Assembly (NCBI GenBank): GCA_964016885.1
Contig: OZ024741.1
Coordinates: 3,224,001 to 3,288,000 of the forward strand
DNA from: Eledone cirrhosa
Lineage: Eukaryota
DNA: 64,000 nucleotides
Direction: 5' to 3'
The translations under genes and the position numbers were made by a program. The notes under the pieces were generated by a model. That model did not search any database, was not told the DNA's origin, and saw only the letters and a list, made by a program, of their open reading frames with translations. Each line of letters begins with the position of its first letter. The first letter of the stretch is position 1. Positions 57,900 to 64,000 of the stretch are shown piece after piece.

Positions 57900-59850
57900 C
57901 AATATAGAGACATAACAACTACAGAAATATAGAGACATAACAACTACAGCAATATAGAGACATAACAACTACAGCAATGTAGAGAGACATAACAACTACA
58001 GCAATATAGAGAGGTAACAACTACAGCAATATAGAGAGACATAACAACTGCAGCAATATTAAGAGACAACATAACAACGACAGCAATATAGGGAGACATA
58101 ACAAATACAGCAATATAGAAAGACATAACAACTACAGGAATATAGAGAGACATAACAACTACAGCAATATAGAAATATAGAGAGACAACATAACATCTAC
58201 AGAAATATAGAGACATAACAACTACAGCAATATAGAGACATAACAACTACAGCAATATAGAGAGAAAACATAACAACTACAGCAATATAGAGACATAACA
58301 ACTACAGCAATATAGAGACATAACAACTACAGCAATATATAGAGACAACATAACAACTACAACAATATAGAGAGACATAACAACTACAACAATATAGAGA
58401 GACATAACAACTACAGCAATATAGAGACATAACAACTACAGCAATATAGAGACATAACAACTACAGCAATATAGCGACATAACAACTACAGAAATATAGA
58501 GATATAACAACTACAGCAATATAGAGACATAACAACTACAGCAATGTAGAGAGACATAACAACTACAGCTATATAGAGAGACATAACAACTACAGCAGTA
58601 TAGAGACATAACAACTACAGCAATGTAGAGACATAACAACTACAGCAATATAGAGACATAACAACTACAGAATTATAGAGACATAACAACTACAGCAATA
58701 TAGAGACATAACAACTACAGCAACGTAGAGAGACATAACAACTACAGCAATATAGAGAGACATAACAACTACAGCAATATAGAGACATAACAACTACAGC
58801 AATATAGAGACATAACAACTACAGCAATATAGAGACATAACAACTACAGAAATATAGAGATATAACAACTACAGCAATATAGAGACATAACAACTACAGA
58901 AATATAGAGACATAACAACTACAGCAATATAGAGACATAACAACTACAGCAATGTAGAGAGACATAACAACTACAGCAATATAGAGAGGTAACAACTACA
59001 GCAATATAGAGAGACATAACAACTGCAGCAATATTAAGAGACAACATAACAACGACAGCAATATAGGGAGACATAACAAATACAGCAATATAGAAAGACA
59101 TAACAACTACAGGAATATAGAGAGACATAACAACTACAGCAATATAGAAATATAGAGAGACAACATAACATCTACAGAAATATAGAGACATAACAACTAC
59201 AGCAATATAGAGACATAACAACTACAGCAATATAGAGAGAAAACATAACAACTACAGCAATATAGAGACATAACAACTACAGCAATATAGAGACATAACA
59301 ACTACAGCAATATATAGAGACAACATAACAACTACAACAATATAGAGAGACATAACAACTACAACAATATAGAGAGACATAACAACTACAGCAATATAGA
59401 GACATAACAACTACAGCAATATAGAGACATAACAACTACAGCAATATAGAGACATAACAACTACAGAAATATAGAGATATAACAACTACAGCAATATAGA
59501 GACATAACAACTACAGCAATGTAGAGAGACATAACAACTACAGCTATATAGAGAGACATAACAACTACAGCAGTATAGAAACATAACAACTACAGCAATG
59601 TAGAGACATAACAACTACAGCAATATAGAGACATAACAACTACAGAATTATAGAGACATAACAACTACAGCAATATAGAGACATAACAACTACAGCAACG
59701 TAGAGAGACATAACAACTACAGCAATATAGAGAGACATAACAACTACAGCAATATAGAGACATAACAACTACAGCAATATAGAGACATAACAACTACAGC
59801 AATATAGAGACATAACAACTACAGAAATATAGAGATATAACAACTACAGC
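57900..59850. repeat. 975-bp tandem duplication
   Basis: Identical ORFs at 57944 and 58919. The rare AATATAGAAATATAGA lesion occurs at ~58166 and ~59141. Confidence 0.9.
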
Positions 59851-61139
59851 AATATAGAGACATAACAACTACAGCAATGTAGAGAGACATAACAACTACA
59901 GCTATATAGAGAGACATAACAACTACAGCAGTATAGAGAGGTAACAACTACAGCAATATAGAGAGACATAACAACTACAGCAATATAGAGACACATAACA
60001 ACTACAGCAATATAGAGACATAACAACTACAGCAATATAGAGACATAACAACTACAGAAATATAGAGACATAACAACTACAGCAATATAGAGTCATAACA
60101 ACTACAGCAATGTAGAGAGACATAACAACTACAGCAATATAGAGAGACATAACAACTACAGCAACATAGAGACCTAACAACTCCAGCAATATAGAGAGAC
60201 ATAACAACTAGAGCAATATACAGACATAACAACTACAGTAATATAGAAAGACATAACAACTATTAATATAGAGAGACATAACAACTACAGCAATATAGAG
60301 ACATATCAACTACAGCAATATAGAGACATAACAACTACAGCAATATAGAGACATAACAACTGCAGAAATATAGAGACATAACAACTACAGCAATATAGAG
60401 ACATAACAACTACAGCAATATAGATAGAAAACATAACAACTACAGCAATATTGAGACATAACAACTACAGCAATATAGAGACATAACAACTACAGCAATA
60501 TAGAGAGACAACATAACAACTACAGCAATATAGAGAGACATAACAACTACAACAATATATAGAGACATAACAACTACAGCAATATAGAGACATAATAACT
60601 ACAGCAATATAGAGACATAACAACTACAGAAATATAGAGACATAACAACTACAGCAATATAGAGACATAACAACTACAGCAATGTAGAGAGACAACAACT
60701 ACAGCAATATAGAGAGACATAACAACTACAGCAATATAGAGACATAACAACTACAGCAATATAGAGACATAACAACTACAGCAATATAGAGACATAACAA
60801 CTACAGAAATATAGAGACATAACAACTACAGCAATATAGAGACATAACAACTACAGCAATGTAGAGAGACATAACAACTGCAGCAATATAGAGAGACATA
60901 ACAGCTACAGCAATATAGAGAGGTAACAACTACAGCAATATAGAGAGACATAACAACTACAGCAATATAGAGACATAACAACTACAGCAATATAGAGACA
61001 TAACAACTACAGCAATATAGAGACATAACAACTACAGAAATATAGAGACATAACAACTACAGCAATATAGAGACATAACAACTACAGCAATGTAGAGAGA
61101 CATAACAACTACAGCAATATAGAGAGGTAACAACTACAG

Positions 61140-64000
61140 CAATATAGAGAGACATAACAACTGCAGCAATATTGAGAGACAACATAACAACGACAGCAAT
61201 ATAGGGAGACATAACAAATACAGCAATATAGAAAGACATAACAACTACAGCAATATAGAGAGACATAACAACTACAGCAATATAGAGACATAACAAGTAC
61301 AGCAATATAGAGAGACATAACAACTACAGCAATATATAGAGACATAAAAACTACACCAATATAGAGAGACAACATAACAACTACAGCAATATAGAGAGAC
61401 ATAACAAATACAGCAATATAGAGAAACAACATAACAACTACATCAATATAGCGAGACATACAACTACAGCAATATAGTGAGACACAACAACTACCGCAAT
61501 ATAGAGAGACATAAATACTACACCAATATAGAGAGACAATATAACAACTACAGCAATATAGAGAGACATAACAACTACAGCAATATAGAAAGACAACATA
61601 ACAACTACAGCAATATAGAGAGACATAAAAACTACAGGAATATCGAGAGATAACAACTACAGCAATATTGAGAGACATAACCAGTACAGAAATATAGAGA
61701 GATAAAAACTACAGCAATATAGAGAGACATAACAACTACAGCAATATAGAGACATAACAACTACAGCAATATAAAGGGACAACATAACAACTACAGCAAT
61801 ATAGAGAGACATAACAACTACAGCAATTTAGAGACATATCAACTACAGCAATATAGAGAGACATAACAACTGCAGCAATATAGAGAGACAAAATAACAAC
61901 GACAGCAATATAGGGAGACATAACAAATACAGCAATATAGAGAGACATAACAACTACAGCAATATAGAGAGATAACAACTACAGCAATATAGAGAGACAT
62001 TAGAACTACAGCAATATAGAGAGACAACATAACAACCACAGCAATATAGAAAGACATAACAACAACAGCAATATAGAGAGACTTAATAACTACAGCAATA
62101 TAGAGAGATAACAACTAGCAGCAATATAGAGACATAACAACTACAGCAATATAGAGAGACAACATAACAACTAAAGCAATATAGAGAGACAACAACTACA
62201 GCAACATAGAGACATAACAATTACACCAATATAGAGAGACAATATAACAACTCCAGCAATATTGAGTGACATAACAACTACAGAAATATAGAGACATAAC
62301 AACTACAGCAATATAGAGACATAACAAGTACAACAATATAGAGAGATAAAAACTACAGCAATATAGAGAGACATAACAACTACAGCAATATAGAGAGACA
62401 TAACAACTACAGCAATATAGAGAGATAACAACTACAGCAATATAGAGAGACATAACAACTACAGCAATATAGAGAGACATAACAACTACAACAATATAGA
62501 GAGACATAACAACTACAGCAATATAGAGACATAACAACTACAGCAATATAGAGACATAACAACTACAGAAATATAGAGACATAACAACTACACCAATATA
62601 GAGACATAACAACTACAGCAATGTAGAGAGACATAACAACTACAGCAATATAGAGAGACATAACAACTACTGCAATATAGAGACATAACAACTACAACAA
62701 TATAAAGGGACAACATTACAACTATTAATATAGAGAGACATAACAACTACAGCAATATTGAGACATATCAACTACAGCAATATAGAGAGACATAACAACT
62801 GCAGCAATATTGAGAGACAACATAACAACGACAGCAATATAGGGAGACATAACAAATACAGCAATATAGAAAGACATAACAACTACAGCAATATAGAGAG
62901 ACATAACAACTACAGCAATATAGAGACATAACAAGTACAGCAATATAGAGAGACATAACAACTACAGCAATATAGAGAGACATAAAAACTACACCAATAT
63001 AGAGAGACAACATAACAACTACAGCAATATAGAGAGACATAACAACTACAGCAATATAGAGAAACAACATAACAACTACATCAATATAGCGAGACATACA
63101 ACTACAGCAATATAGTGAGACACAACAACTACAGCAATATAGAGAGACATAAATACTACACCAATATAGAGAGACAATATAACAACTACAGCAATATAGA
63201 GAGACATAACAACTACAGCAATATAGAAAGACAACATAACAACTACAGCAATATAGAGAGACATAAAAACTACAGGAATATCGAGAGATAACAACTACAG
63301 CAATATTGAGAGACATAACCACTACAGAAATATAGAGAGATAAAAACTACAGCAATATAGAGAGACATAACAACTACAGCAATATAGAGACATAACAACT
63401 ACAGCAATATAAAGGGACAACATAACAACTACAGCAATATAGAGAGACATAACAACTACAGCAATTTAGAGACATATCAACTACAGCAATATAGAGAGAC
63501 ATAACAACTGCAGCAATATAGAGAGACAAAATAACAACGACAGCAATATAGGGAGACATAACAAATACAGCAATATAGAGAGACATAACAACTACAGCAA
63601 TATAGAGAGATAACAACTACAGCAATATAGAGAGACATTAGAACTACAGCAATATAGAGAGACAACATAACAACCACAGCAATATAGAAAGACATAACAA
63701 CAACAGCAATATAGAGAGACTTAATAACTACAGCAATATAGAGAGATAACAACTAGCAGCAATATAGAGACATAACAACTACAGCAATATAGAGAGACAA
63801 CATAACAACTAAAGCAATATAGAGAGACAACAACTACAGCAACATAGAGACATAACAATTACACCAATATAGAGAGACAATATAACAACTCCAGCAATAT
63901 TGAGTGACATAACAACTACAGAAATATAGAGACATAACAACTACAGCAATATAGAGACATAACAAGTACAACAATATAGAGAGATAAAAACTACAGCAAT
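61140..64000. repeat. 1638-bp tandem duplication; second copy runs off the window end
   Basis: ORFs 61438/63076, 61736/63374 and 61839/63477 are offset by 1638. Confidence 0.9.

Larger units (their letters stand above)
21081..64000. repeat. Satellite array B: core CAACTACAGCAATATAG plus tail AGACATAA (25 bp), AGAGATAA (25), AGAGACATAA (27) or AGAGACAACATAA (30); continues beyond the right edge
   Basis: Continuous repetition from 21081 to the end of the window. The 25-mer is 52% A and 32% GC. Length variation is concentrated in the GA/CAA tail. Confidence 0.99.

Noticed and set aside
21410-63752. Many short Cys/Val/Tyr-rich minus-strand ORFs (YCCSCY, YIAVVVM) resembling metallothionein, keratin-associated or membrane peptides
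   Set aside because: They are translations of the 25/27/30-bp monomer, with frames cycling at each length variant. There are many overlapping copies and no gene structure.
1-64000. Embedded transposon, tRNA, rRNA or unique-sequence island
   Set aside because: Every stretch read could be parsed as A or B monomers. No terminal repeats, target-site duplications or non-repeat inserts were seen.

Overview
The whole 64-kb window is tandem satellite DNA, probably from eukaryotic heterochromatin (organism not identifiable), with no credible genes, RNA genes, transposons or CRISPR arrays. It holds two arrays joined abruptly at 21080/21081. Array A (1-21080, about 880 monomers) has a nearly length-invariant 24-bp G/T-rich monomer, GTAGACTTGGTGTAGTCTTAGTAG. 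It is organised into a ~7.3-7.7-kb tandem duplication with a nested 1271-bp (53-mer) duplication. Array B (21081-64000, about 1600 monomers) has an A/C-rich monomer with a 17-bp core, CAACTACAGCAATATAG, plus a variable tail giving mainly 25-, 27- and 30-bp units. It is a patchwork of local duplications (619, ~1248, ~4500, 2549, 1081, 1426, 951, 975 and 1638 bp) and has a subfamily boundary near 47.4 kb. The most notable observation is that the two monomers share a core (TTG[G/C]TGTAGT..TTA) on opposite strands. Their G/T-rich strands therefore converge on a clean junction with 2-bp microhomology, as expected for an inversion, a polarity switch or an end-to-end fusion. All listed ORFs are best explained as by-products of repeat periodicity. 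Coordinates and periods were read by eye and from ORF-track offsets, so boundaries are approximate to about one monomer.
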